This document shows, piece after piece, positions 44,670 through 53,948 of a stretch of 56,547 nucleotides of DNA (the stretch's first letter is position 1; each line of letters opens with the position of its first letter). The stretch lies in IMG/VR virus record IMGVR_UViG_3300012926_000006, positions 1 through 56,547 of that record. One strand, 5' to 3'. The position numbers and the translations under genes are program-made. This DNA comes from a virus (Duplodnaviria > Caudoviricetes). The notes under the pieces are model-generated. The model did not search any database. It was not told the origin of the DNA and saw nothing but the letters and a program-made list of their open reading frames with translations.

Positions 44670-44710
44670 ATACTAAACTTTAAATTTACGGATTTCAAGG
44701 CAAACTTGAA
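44670..44710 (-). promoter_or_regulatory. cro promoter and operator
   Basis: TTGAAA-17-TAGTAT ending 7 nt before ATG; palindrome TTCAAG-N5-CTTGAA at 44694-44710. Confidence 0.6.
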
Positions 44711-44754
44711 AATATTTTTATAACGTTTTTATTGTGCAATGACAGGCGGTTATC

Positions 44755-45210
44755 ATGATAGGCCAGAACATTAGAATGCTATTGGAGAAACACAATCGGT
44801 CTATCTCCGACCTAGCCAGACATTGCGATGTCACACCACAGGCTGCGCACCAATGGGTATCGGACATCACCCAGCCAAAGGGAAGACGGAAAACGGCGAT
44901 AGCAGAATTTTTCAACATCGCGCCGCAAGAATTGGAATATGGTCCGGTACTCTCTTTCATCCCTATAGCGAAATCTGATAAGACATCAAAGCTAGATCGG
45001 GCGAAAAGTGAATATCTTGCAGACCTGATGATTACCAATGAAATCGCCAATGCTCCACGAAGCGAAGAATTTAAACTTGGGATGCGGTATGCCTTCATCT
45101 ATCGGCTTTCAGGTATCAGCGAGAAATGCCCCTTTGAAGCTGGAACTTGTCAAGCTGACGCGTTTGAATCCGGTTACTCAAATGGTGAAATTCTAGTGGA
45201 TAAAATTTGA
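44755..45210 (+). CDS. CI-like repressor (HTH) lacking an S24 peptidase domain
   Basis: SISDLARHCDVTPQAAHQW..P..R..IAEFF. Confidence 0.75.
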   Translation: MIGQNIRMLLEKHNRSISDLARHCDVTPQAAHQWVSDITQPKGRRKTAIAEFFNIAPQELEYGPVLSFIPIAKSDKTSKLDRAKSEYLADLMITNEIANAPRSEEFKLGMRYAFIYRLSGISEKCPFEAGTCQADAFESGYSNGEILVDKI

Positions 45211-45317
45211 TTTACGTTTCGCAATAAGTATTACCCTGTATCACCTCACATTCCGTAGCCTTACTATTTTCCTTTCCTGAACGCTTCATTTCGTTCTTGA
45301 AACGGCATCAATTATTT

Positions 45318-45358
45318 TTAAAGTTTTACTTGAAACTTGCCAATCGTTAGATTAAATT
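45318..45358 (+). promoter_or_regulatory. pL-like promoter with operator
   Basis: TTAAAG-N5-CTTGAA overlapping TTGAAA-17-TAAATT. Confidence 0.5.
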
Positions 45359-45451
45359 GGCTATCCCGGTGTGCGCATTCCAGTAAGTTTTTTTCTCAAA
45401 TTTCCGTCTTTTTTCAGGCGGAAACTAACCCATGTCTCAAGGGCTGAAAAT

Positions 45452-45622
45452 ATGAAGCTGATCAAGCCAAATCCGATTCATCACACACTAGCGCCAGATT
45501 GGAAATACATCGGCGCGAACAAAACAGATGTTGCCAAAACTTTTAAGCGTTACCGCGAAAGACTGGCGGCGGAATCGAAACTCAAACCAAGTAAAGTCAG
45601 AGAAATCAGGGCAGCAAAATGA
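45452..45622 (+). CDS. Small phage protein
   Basis: WKY..A.KTDVAKTF motif. Confidence 0.5.
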   Translation: MKLIKPNPIHHTLAPDWKYIGANKTDVAKTFKRYRERLAAESKLKPSKVREIRAAK

Positions 45623-46380
45623 GCGAAATTAGTACATGGGCTTTAACTCCATCGTCATTAGCGGAAGCAATGGATTTTGCCAAGGAAATGGCAAAGTCGG
45701 ACATGATACCGAAAGACTATATCGGCAAGCCCGGCAACATCCTTGTCGCTATGCAATGGGGTATGGAAATCGGTCTTAAACCTATGCAGGCTTTGCAAGG
45801 TATTGCCGTTATCAACGGTCGTGCTTCCGTATGGGGTGACACCGCCCTAGCCTTAGTTAAAGCTTCCCCATTATGTGAATACGTGGAAGAAACTGAAAGC
45901 GACGCCACTAAAGGAGTATGTCGGGTTAAACGCCGTGGTGAACCTGAACATGTGCAAGTGTTTACGGTAGATGATGCGAAGCGCGCCGGTCTGTGGGGTA
46001 AAGTCGGTCCCTGGACTCTCTACCCTGCCCGCATGCTGATTATGCGCGCTCGGTCCTGGGCCTTAAGGGATAAGTTCACAGACGTGTTGCGCGGCTTAGC
46101 AATTACCGAGGAAATCCGCGATATCGAACCAGTAGACATTACACCCAAACGGGAAGACCCGGTATTGATCGCCAGTCAAACCCAAGTTATTGATGCCGAT
46201 ACAGGAGAACATGACAAGTTGGTAGCGGACCTGGATGCGGTTGCGGATAACGGCATGGAGGCATTGCTCAAAGCCTGGGAAGGTCTAACTAAGAAACAGC
46301 GGCAAAAGCATGGCGGTCTTTCCGAATCAACCAAGGAACGCGCAAAACGTGCCGATGAATTTCTAGCCCGTGAAGAATGA
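45619..46380 (+). CDS. recT: RecT-like ssDNA annealing protein
   Basis: AMQWGMEIGLKPMQALQ.IAVING, AKRAGLWGK.GPW..YP.RML..RA. Confidence 0.85.
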   Translation: MSEISTWALTPSSLAEAMDFAKEMAKSDMIPKDYIGKPGNILVAMQWGMEIGLKPMQALQGIAVINGRASVWGDTALALVKASPLCEYVEETESDATKGVCRVKRRGEPEHVQVFTVDDAKRAGLWGKVGPWTLYPARMLIMRARSWALRDKFTDVLRGLAITEEIRDIEPVDITPKREDPVLIASQTQVIDADTGEHDKLVADLDAVADNGMEALLKAWEGLTKKQRQKHGGLSESTKERAKRADEFLAREE

Positions 46381-47042
46381 TAGAACAAGGTAGCTTAGGC
46401 TGGCATGAAGCCCGTAGCGGCTCTGCTACGGCTTCACGCTTCGCTGACATCATCGCCGTATCAAAATTGACTGGAGAGCCTTTAAAAGCCCGAACTGATT
46501 ATATGTGGCAGTTGGTAACGGAAAGGTTATACAGAAGCCCTACGGAAGCGTTTACATCAGGCCCTACGGAATGGGGCAAGAAGTTGGAGCCGTTCGCTAG
46601 GCAAGCTTATGAAGTCGAAACAGGAAATATAGTAATCGCATCGGAATTTGTGTCACACCCACGGATAGAGTTTTGCGGGTCTTCTCCCGATGGCTTGATT
46701 ATTCCAGGCGGCGGCATAGAGATTAAATGCCCGAAGGATAGGCGGGTGCATATGCAGACATGGCGTTACGGCATGCCGTTGGACCATATGCCGCAGGTGC
46801 AGGGGAATATTTGGGTCAATGGCTTGGACTGGCTTGATTTCATTTCGTATGACCCAAGAGCGCCGGAAGATTTCAGGCTCTATGTTCAACGCATTATGCG
46901 GGAAGACAAATATATATTGGCGCTGGAAAGTCATGTAGTGCAGTTTCTGGCGGAAGTTAAAAAACTATTGGAGCAAATTGATGCAAACCAAGTCAGAAAT
47001 ATACGCGGAACAAATCGAACCGATGATGCGCAGAATTCATGA
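46377..47042 (+). CDS. YqaJ/lambda-exonuclease family protein
   Basis: QGS..W..R..TAS, WG..EP.AR, SPDG, EIKCP, QVQG. Confidence 0.9.
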   Translation: MIEQGSLGWHEARSGSATASRFADIIAVSKLTGEPLKARTDYMWQLVTERLYRSPTEAFTSGPTEWGKKLEPFARQAYEVETGNIVIASEFVSHPRIEFCGSSPDGLIIPGGGIEIKCPKDRRVHMQTWRYGMPLDHMPQVQGNIWVNGLDWLDFISYDPRAPEDFRLYVQRIMREDKYILALESHVVQFLAEVKKLLEQIDANQVRNIRGTNRTDDAQNS

Positions 47043-47256
47043 ACTCTGTAAAGAAAACGACATGCCTATGCTTTCTGTTTTTTGCCTGGAGTATGTAGAT
47101 ATTGAAGGCGATAAAAAAGAAATGTCGATTGCTGGTTGTGCTCATTTCCCTGAAGGTGATGCAGTGCCGCAACCCATGCGCCTATCAGCTTTGATCATGC
47201 GCCTACCGGGTTACGCTGGCTTACCTGAAGCAACGGAAGATGACGGAGTACATTAA
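46981..47256 (+). CDS. Hypothetical protein
   Basis: KSEIY.EQI.P.M..I..LC motif. Confidence 0.5.
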   Translation: MQTKSEIYAEQIEPMMRRIHELCKENDMPMLSVFCLEYVDIEGDKKEMSIAGCAHFPEGDAVPQPMRLSALIMRLPGYAGLPEATEDDGVH

Positions 47257-47588
47257 TGGTCATTTCTGATGACGATGTGCAGAAGGCTTTAGACCGTTTG
47301 CGTTTCCAGGCCGGTAACGCGGCTAAAGCTAAAGCGGAACGCATTTACCTTGAGGAATACAGGAAATCCATTAAGGCAAATGTGATGCAGCGCCATCTTG
47401 ACATGCCAGTGTCAGCACAAGAGCGTGAAGCCTACAGTAGTGAAGAATATAAGAAACATCTGTTGGTCATGCGTGATGCAATAGAAAAAGATGAACTGTG
47501 TCGCTGGCAGATGGTTGCGGCTCAGGCAGTTATAGAGGCTTGGCGGACAGCTTCCGCTAATCAACGTGGCGAAACAAAAATAGGATAA
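47256..47588 (+). CDS. Helical protein, possibly UvsY-like
   Basis: LEEYRKS..AQEREAY..AWRT.SAN.R; recombination module. Confidence 0.5.
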   Translation: MVISDDDVQKALDRLRFQAGNAAKAKAERIYLEEYRKSIKANVMQRHLDMPVSAQEREAYSSEEYKKHLLVMRDAIEKDELCRWQMVAAQAVIEAWRTASANQRGETKIG

Positions 47589-47590
47589 GT

Positions 47591-47812
47591 ATGAACACCG
47601 AATTTATGCTGTTATCGTTGTACGAAAAACCGTTTCTGAACTTTGAGGAAATCTGTAAGGCAATCGGCATTTCCAAACAGACCGGCTATAACATGCGGTC
47701 GCATAATACTTTCCCTATTGCGCTACTCGAAGGACCATTAAGGGCCAGTGTCCAAGATATCGCTGCTTATATCGACACCCAGCGCGAAGCTGCCAAGGAA
47801 AAAATAAAATGA
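47591..47812 (+). CDS. Excisionase/AlpA-like HTH
   Basis: LNFEEICKAIGISKQTGYN..FPI..DIAAYID. Confidence 0.7.
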   Translation: MNTEFMLLSLYEKPFLNFEEICKAIGISKQTGYNMRSHNTFPIALLEGPLRASVQDIAAYIDTQREAAKEKIK

Positions 47813-48051
47813 ACCATATTAAAAAAAACTGGGAAAAGTACCTTGAAGAAGTTTTACCCAGTGATGCGCCACTGATTCAGCTTATCGAAACGCGCCGGGC
47901 ATTTTATTCAGGTGCTGCGTCATTATTTACGATGATGGTAGACCAGACTAAACAGGCTGGGATAACTGAAGAACAAGGCATAGATTATCTGGCAGAACTC
48001 AACGCCGAAATCGTGCAATTCGGAATAGATTTACTTGATGGACGTGTTTAA
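47809..48051 (+). CDS. Conserved phage hypothetical protein
   Basis: ETRRAFYSGA motif. Confidence 0.6.
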   Translation: MNHIKKNWEKYLEEVLPSDAPLIQLIETRRAFYSGAASLFTMMVDQTKQAGITEEQGIDYLAELNAEIVQFGIDLLDGRV

Positions 48052-48060
48052 GGAGAAATC

Positions 48061-48681
48061 ATGAAAGTAGAAATTATCGATATAACAGACTGTTCCGGTT
48101 CAATGGGAAATTTAAGGATTGATGTCATCGGCGGCTTTAATACTTTACTGGCAGATCAAAAGGAAGTTCCAGGCGAAGCCCGTTTAACGCATATCCAGTT
48201 TGACCACGAATATCTTGTTAAGTTCGTCGGTAAAAATATTCTGGATGTCGCGCCGTTGACTTTAGAAACTTATGTGCCAAGGGGTTCTACCGCACTCCTT
48301 GATGCAATAGGCCGCACCTTGAACGAACAAGGCAAGCGTATCGCATCGGAAAAATGGGCAGATAAGGTAATTGTGTGCATCCGTACCGATGGACAGGAAA
48401 ACGCTAGTCGCGAATTTACGCGGGACCAGATCAAGACAATGATAGAGCATGCACAGGCGCACGGTTGGACCTTCATTTTCAGTGCCGCAAATCAAGATGC
48501 ATTTGCGACCGGAGCAACACTGGGCATAAGCGGCGCGCACACCCAAAACTTTGCGGCAACGGGTCAAGGGATCGGCATGAGCTATGCGGCTACAAGCAAC
48601 ACTTTAAGGAGTTTACGCGGCGCGCCCGATGTACAAGGCATAGACCAACTTAATGCCATAAAGCATCAAGTAAAAATTTAA
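48061..48681 (+). CDS. VWA-domain protein
   Basis: MIDAS DCSGSM, G.TALLDAIG, TDGQENAS. Confidence 0.85.
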   Translation: MKVEIIDITDCSGSMGNLRIDVIGGFNTLLADQKEVPGEARLTHIQFDHEYLVKFVGKNILDVAPLTLETYVPRGSTALLDAIGRTLNEQGKRIASEKWADKVIVCIRTDGQENASREFTRDQIKTMIEHAQAHGWTFIFSAANQDAFATGATLGISGAHTQNFAATGQGIGMSYAATSNTLRSLRGAPDVQGIDQLNAIKHQVKI

Positions 48682-48704
48682 ATGCGTAAACACAATATTA
48701 CGTA

Positions 48705-48733
48705 TTGACAGTTGATTATTTATAAAATAGTGT
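48705..48733 (+). promoter_or_regulatory. Sigma70 promoter
   Basis: TTGACA-17-TAGTGT. Confidence 0.55.
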
Positions 48734-48796
48734 AAACCTGCAATTGAAACATAACGTTAAATTCCAACTGTCAGTAATATTCACTAAGGAGTAATT

Positions 48797-50434
48797 ATGC
48801 TGAATCGAGGACAAGCCGTGAAAAACGTTCCTAACATACCGCGCATTACCTGGACCACTGAAGACTGGAATTCGATAGCAAGGGAACTCCGCCGCAGAAA
48901 TCCCGCCACTTCATTTAAGCATCTTGATTATCAAGGCTTCCGGCTGGAAGACTTTGAAGACGCAATGGAAACTGTGATGCCTCAAGAGCGGCAAAAAAGT
49001 TTCGACTCTTTTGAAGACCTACGGCGTGATTTGTATAACGCCTATCAACGAGTGATGGCGGCGGAACGTAGAACACCTGTAACTATGGTGAAACGTGCAG
49101 ACAATTCAATATTCGTTAAATGGATTCCCGAAGAATGGGAAACTGTCGTCTTAGAATATCACCGCTTGTTTCCCCTAGCATTTTCCGCTAGGTTAGAAAA
49201 TTGCCGTATCCCATATATCCGGCAAGCAGTTGAAATACTTCCCTTTGAACGTCGCCGCGTATTTCATCAAATCCCACTGTTCAGAGAACAAGCGTTAAGA
49301 ACCTGGGACTCAATCCCGGATGATCAAAAAAACCCACCACGCAATGTCATTGATTTTAAAACCGGCCCTATCGTCGAACCTCCTGAAAAAAAATCCGATG
49401 ACTCAAGCGCGATTGCGACAGCGATGCATCAAGCCTTCCGCACACCGATGAAACCGAAAGAAGAACGCAAAACAAAAGTCTTCTGGAAAGCCCATGAATG
49501 GCTGTTGATCGCAGAAGCGATGCACAAGCAAAACCCACATGCGAATTTCTTTGAATCCAATTTCACGCTGATTGATCTTCCAGCCGTCAGGGAAGCCCAA
49601 CGCGTTGCCCTTCCACTTGAACGCCGTAAGAAACTGAGCGGTACGGCTGGCTTACGTGAACCCCTGATTGAAGGTTTCAAGGCGCTTAAAGCGAAAATGG
49701 AACGCGAAGAACTGGAACCAGAAGAAACCAAGGAATCGCCGGAAGAAATACAGCTTGATCTTAAAGGCGATGACATTGAAGTCCCTGAAGGTTTTCACGC
49801 AATTCCGATTTTGAATGCTAGGCCGCAAGAAGTTCATGAAGCGCCGATAAGCGCCGATAAGCGCCGTCAAGCGCCGCAAAGCGATTTCACCGCTCGTCTA
49901 GCAGTCGCTGCTACACCTTTGATTAATTTGTTTGTTGGTGAACTGGCGAAGGCTTTAGCGCCTGAATTGGCGAAGGCATTTGCGCCGATGGTAGAAACCG
50001 TCATCCAAGGCATTAAAACAGCCGTTACGCCGGTTATAGTGAATCAGACTATCAATCATCCAACCGCACCAGTTCAAACGGCTATAGAGCCTGAAAAAGC
50101 CGTAGAACAGGCTCTTGCTGCTGTAATTCCTACGGCTCCTAAGAAACCGAAAATCGCCGTGCTAGGCCCATTCGGAAAACAGAAAGAAGAATTAGAAAGA
50201 TTCTTCCCGGAATTCCGCTTTACCTTTATTGAACATGGTCACGGAATCAAAGAGGCAGCGGCAAGCTGTGTATTATTTGTGGCATCCAATCTGCATATCA
50301 ACGCATCCAGCAAGCAATTGATTAAGTCCCATGTGAACCGGGATATTTTGCGCTATGTGGAAGGCGGTTTATCCAACATCAAGCGCCAAATACAAATCTG
50401 GAAGGATGCGCAAAAGATTCTGGATAAGCATTAG
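48797..50434 (+). CDS. Three-repeat protein with C-terminal DUF2325-like domain
   Basis: Three W-x3-[DE]W...P.ER repeats; KIAVLG..H..VEGGLS. Confidence 0.55.
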   Translation: MLNRGQAVKNVPNIPRITWTTEDWNSIARELRRRNPATSFKHLDYQGFRLEDFEDAMETVMPQERQKSFDSFEDLRRDLYNAYQRVMAAERRTPVTMVKRADNSIFVKWIPEEWETVVLEYHRLFPLAFSARLENCRIPYIRQAVEILPFERRRVFHQIPLFREQALRTWDSIPDDQKNPPRNVIDFKTGPIVEPPEKKSDDSSAIATAMHQAFRTPMKPKEERKTKVFWKAHEWLLIAEAMHKQNPHANFFESNFTLIDLPAVREAQRVALPLERRKKLSGTAGLREPLIEGFKALKAKMEREELEPEETKESPEEIQLDLKGDDIEVPEGFHAIPILNARPQEVHEAPISADKRRQAPQSDFTARLAVAATPLINLFVGELAKALAPELAKAFAPMVETVIQGIKTAVTPVIVNQTINHPTAPVQTAIEPEKAVEQALAAVIPTAPKKPKIAVLGPFGKQKEELERFFPEFRFTFIEHGHGIKEAAASCVLFVASNLHINASSKQLIKSHVNRDILRYVEGGLSNIKRQIQIWKDAQKILDKH

Positions 50435-50436
50435 CT

Positions 50437-50649
50437 ATGCGTGCAGCAAGAGTGTGCCTATTTGTTTTGATGTCTGCCCTATGCTGGCTTCCAACCATGC
50501 TAGGGCAGTACATGAATGCGCAATGGTGGGCGGTTTGGCTTATGTCGGGTACATTCGGTTATTACGTAGTTGGCCCTATCTATACCAGCCTGTCGGACAA
50601 AATAAAAGAAAGGGAAAGGAATGACAAAAATGACCGTAAAGGAGGCTAG
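50437..50649 (+). CDS. Two-TM membrane protein
   Basis: Hydrophobicity pattern. Confidence 0.45.
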   Translation: MRAARVCLFVLMSALCWLPTMLGQYMNAQWWAVWLMSGTFGYYVVGPIYTSLSDKIKERERNDKNDRKGG

Positions 50650-50860
50650 GAAAATGCTTCTTGAACTTCAGAGAAAGACCAATAACGAATACCGGTCTTT
50701 TAGGAAAGCATTAGATACAAGTATGGAATTGGCAATTATGCTGATTCAATTGGACCCGGCAGAAGGAACCCCGGAATGTGATTTTTTAATCGCAATGGCT
50801 TCTGCAATAGAAGCTTATGAAAATGCCACTGTACCGAAAGCCTGGATACAGAATGTATAA
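50621..50860 (+). CDS. Hypothetical protein (HigA N-terminal-like motif)
   Basis: PAEGTPE.D.L......IEAYE. Confidence 0.45.
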   Translation: MTKMTVKEARKMLLELQRKTNNEYRSFRKALDTSMELAIMLIQLDPAEGTPECDFLIAMASAIEAYENATVPKAWIQNV

Positions 50861-51137
50861 CGCACACGCAAAAGTTATCTGCGTAAACAATGGCTATACA
50901 GACCTTAAGTTTTTCGTGGACGGACATGAAGCGGCCATCATGCCGTTAGCTTTTACCCACGCGATTATCTACGGCCTGAACGACTTCGGTTATGAAGATA
51001 GATGGTGTTATTCCACGTATGAAAAGGCCAAAGAGGCTTTAGAGGAATGGGACGGAACGGGAGAGCCTCAGGGCTGGCATAGGCACCCGAAGACAGGTAG
51101 AAGGCGTCATAACGGGGTTGAGACAATTAACTTTTAG
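50853..51137 (+). CDS. Conserved phage hypothetical protein
   Basis: DRWCY..WDG.GEP.GWHRH. Confidence 0.55.
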   Translation: MYNAHAKVICVNNGYTDLKFFVDGHEAAIMPLAFTHAIIYGLNDFGYEDRWCYSTYEKAKEALEEWDGTGEPQGWHRHPKTGRRRHNGVETINF

Positions 51138-51148
51138 GAGGTAAGAAA

Positions 51149-51670
51149 ATGAATTTTCCGTTTAAAGAAGTATATGAGCATTTTGCGTTGCCGCTATGCA
51201 CAATGGATTTAACTGATGGAATTTTTCCGCCTACTATTGCGATAGTCAAGACTGAAAAAGGGAAGATAGTTAACGTAGAAATCTTGCCTGAGTTGGCGGT
51301 AGGTTTGTTCTTTAGATCAAGCGAAGGAAAAGCTAATCTAGGGCAATTTATTCGTGAATCTATGGGACATATAGGCAAACTTCCATATTGCCTTGTGTTG
51401 ATGACCGAAGCCTACTATAAGACCGTTATCAGCACACCAGAAACGGATATAGAAGCGCTGGGAAAATCAAGTCTAACGAATGACCCAGAAGCACAGGAAT
51501 GTGTAGTAATTACTATTCATACACCGGATTCCGTACAGATGGGTTATTTACCATTTGACACAAATCGTAAGCTTAAGTTCGTACCTTTAGAAATGAATAT
51601 CAAGGCTACAGGTAGGCTCACAAATCATCCAGAAAAAGACGATTTACCGGCTGGTATGAACGTTCATTAA
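51149..51670 (+). CDS. Hypothetical protein
   Basis: AGGAGG RBS. Confidence 0.55.
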   Translation: MNFPFKEVYEHFALPLCTMDLTDGIFPPTIAIVKTEKGKIVNVEILPELAVGLFFRSSEGKANLGQFIRESMGHIGKLPYCLVLMTEAYYKTVISTPETDIEALGKSSLTNDPEAQECVVITIHTPDSVQMGYLPFDTNRKLKFVPLEMNIKATGRLTNHPEKDDLPAGMNVH

Positions 51671-51681
51671 AGGGCCAAAAA

Positions 51682-51963
51682 ATGTTTACAGTTAGAACCC
51701 CTGAAAGGCACTGCCCGACCTGTAATTATGTGCTGGATGCGGTATCCAATTTAGACGGTTCAGAAGCCCCGGAAATCGGCGATTTCTCAATCTGTATAGG
51801 ATGCGCAGAAATCCTCAGATTCGGCCCCTCTATGACCCTTTATAAGCCTTCTGGTGACGAATTAAAGGCACTTCTCAAAGCTGATTTGGCAAGCCTTATG
51901 AAAGCCCGTCTGGCGGTTACTATGTACTTGCGAAGGACAAAAAATGAACATCCAGGACAGTGA
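51682..51963 (+). CDS. Zinc-ribbon hypothetical protein
   Basis: CPTC..P..GD.SIC..C. Confidence 0.55.
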   Translation: MFTVRTPERHCPTCNYVLDAVSNLDGSEAPEIGDFSICIGCAEILRFGPSMTLYKPSGDELKALLKADLASLMKARLAVTMYLRRTKNEHPGQ

Positions 51964-52132
51964 TGATGAAACCCGCTTGTTCTTTTATTTAGGCTCCCTG
52001 ACGGGACTTTTAACTAAAGGTAAGTTACAAGCGAAACTTAAAAAATCAATCAGCGAAGATGCTTTAATGCGGTCCAGGGTCAAGGAATTATCAGAGACTT
52101 TAAACCAGCTTTTAAAGGAAACTACTAACTGA
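51944..52132 (+). CDS. Hypothetical protein
   Basis: ORF. Confidence 0.4.
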   Translation: MNIQDSDDETRLFFYLGSLTGLLTKGKLQAKLKKSISEDALMRSRVKELSETLNQLLKETTN

Positions 52133-52153
52133 TTTACTTGAATTTTACATAAG

Positions 52154-52187
52154 AAAATGCCGCCAATAAATTTAGGCGGCATTTTTT
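52154..52187 (+). terminator. Terminator before attP region
   Basis: AAAATGCCGCC/GGCGGCATTTT plus T tract. Confidence 0.8.
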
Positions 52188-52199
52188 ATTTAAGGTCTG

Positions 52200-52432
52200 C
52201 AATAGCAATCACTGCATTTTTTTTGCTACCAATTTCAAAGTAACCCATATTCTAAGCACTACTTGACATCCATCCGGAGATTATTTATACTCCTTTCTAG
52301 GTTGTGATAGACTATTGAAAAATAAGGAATTTCCCTTTTAAATCAATAGCTTATTGCGAATTCTCAATTACTGAGAATTACCTAAAATTACCCTGTTTTC
52401 AATAGCAACTGCTACGAATTGCTACAGGAATT
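52200..52432. other. Putative attP region
   Basis: AT-rich gap before int; arm-like TGCTAC.AATT at 52224, 52410, 52420; CAATAGCAA at 52200 and 52400; IHF consensus AATCAATAGCTTA 52341-52353. Confidence 0.6.
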
Positions 52433-52454
52433 TCACTTTTGAAAGGTTTATAAA

Positions 52455-53570
52455 ATGGCTTCCGTTAAAAAAATTGGTAATAAACATCGTGTACAAATTC
52501 GCCGTGCCGGTCATAAGCCAATGACTAAAAGTTTTGATAGTGCCAAGGAGGCAAATGACTGGGCTATTAAAACAGAAGCGGCTTTAATTAAAGGTGAAAA
52601 TATTTCTGTTACTGGAACTGTTGGTGTTTCTGTCGCTCAAGCTGTGGACCGCTATATTGATGAAATGAACGATTTTTCTCCAAGTAATAATGTTATTGCT
52701 TATTTGAAATTGTTTAAGCAAAAATGTGGCAATATACAGCTTGATAAATTGACAGATCAAAACGTCTTTGATTTCATTAAAGGACATGGAAAATCCAGAG
52801 CTACAGGCATGAAAGTATTTAGCGTTATCAACGCTTTATTTAAGCGCGCATCTTTGATTTGGAAATATAAAATTCCAGACGTTTTAAAGCTTGCAAGAGC
52901 TATGCTAAAACATGAAAAATTGATAGGGTCCGCAAACAAAAGGGATCGTCGTCCTGAGCCTGAAGAAATTGATAAGATTTGCGCTTACTTCGATGAAAAA
53001 GGCATACGTGGTTATGACATAAAAGTATCCGACATTATTAGGTTTTGCATTTCATCTGCAATGCGTATATCTGAGGTTTGCTCTTTGCAATGGACTGACT
53101 TGAACGAGAAAGATAAGACGATCTTGGTACGTGATAGGAAACACCCAACTGAAAAAATAGGAAACAATCAGATTGTTCCTTTGCTTGATGAATCTTTGGA
53201 AAATATCAAACGTCAACCAAGGACAGGAAAGTATATTTATCCGATTCCTTCAAAAGCTATAACTAGGGCTTTTCATATGGCACACCGCGCACTGAAAATA
53301 AAAGGTTTACATTTGCATGATCTACGCCATGAAGGTGCAAGCCGGTTATTTGAAATGGGCTATCAAATTCCGGAAGTGGCATTATTTACCGGTCATGTAT
53401 CGTGGGAAGAACTGAAGCGTTATACCAATTTGAAGGCCAAGGATATTAGACGTTTAGAAAAGCCAAAGCTAAACCAGTTAGAAGAGTATGGCATGGACGA
53501 GGAAACTTTTAATCAATTCAAACAGTTTCAAGTAATGATGAAAATGATGACGGAGCAAAAAGCAGCTTAA
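52455..53570 (+). CDS. int: Tyrosine integrase
   Basis: AMRISEV, RKHP, HDLRHEG, TGH, KRYT catalytic motifs. Confidence 0.93.
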   Translation: MASVKKIGNKHRVQIRRAGHKPMTKSFDSAKEANDWAIKTEAALIKGENISVTGTVGVSVAQAVDRYIDEMNDFSPSNNVIAYLKLFKQKCGNIQLDKLTDQNVFDFIKGHGKSRATGMKVFSVINALFKRASLIWKYKIPDVLKLARAMLKHEKLIGSANKRDRRPEPEEIDKICAYFDEKGIRGYDIKVSDIIRFCISSAMRISEVCSLQWTDLNEKDKTILVRDRKHPTEKIGNNQIVPLLDESLENIKRQPRTGKYIYPIPSKAITRAFHMAHRALKIKGLHLHDLRHEGASRLFEMGYQIPEVALFTGHVSWEELKRYTNLKAKDIRRLEKPKLNQLEEYGMDEETFNQFKQFQVMMKMMTEQKAA

Positions 53571-53588
53571 CCAAAAGGGGGAAGAAGA

Positions 53589-53948
53589 ATGGACTTAAAG
53601 TATTTCATGCTGGACGGGGACAAAGTTACTAGTACAAACGATATACACGAGTGGGGAAAGTGGATGCAGACCAATAATAGACAGATCGGCCATGATGTTA
53701 TAAATGGCGTAAAAATTTCTACGGTCTTCCTCGGTCTTGACCATAGCTTTATGGATGAAGGACCACCGGTATTGTTTGAAACTATGTTATTTGGGGAAGG
53801 CGCTAATAATGAACAGTGGCGCTATTCATCAAGGGAAATGGCGGAAGAGGGTCACGCAAAGATCAAGGAACGGCTAGAACAATTCTTTGCGGGACAGGTG
53901 GAAGGGATTTCAATGCGGCAGTATTTGGAGGGGCCAGAAAGTGATTAA
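53589..53948 (+). CDS. Conserved phage hypothetical protein
   Basis: ISTVFLGLDH..LFETMLFG..RYSS..A..GH. Confidence 0.6.
   Translation: MDLKYFMLDGDKVTSTNDIHEWGKWMQTNNRQIGHDVINGVKISTVFLGLDHSFMDEGPPVLFETMLFGEGANNEQWRYSSREMAEEGHAKIKERLEQFFAGQVEGISMRQYLEGPESD

Noticed and set aside
48061-48681. MoxR-VWA chaperone system
   Set aside because: The only AAA ATPase is classical clade, not MoxR, and lies in a different operon
52255-52270. tRNA-Val-like fragment (GCACTACTTGACAT)
   Set aside because: Too short and no cloverleaf; no tRNA gene was found by eye anywhere in the window
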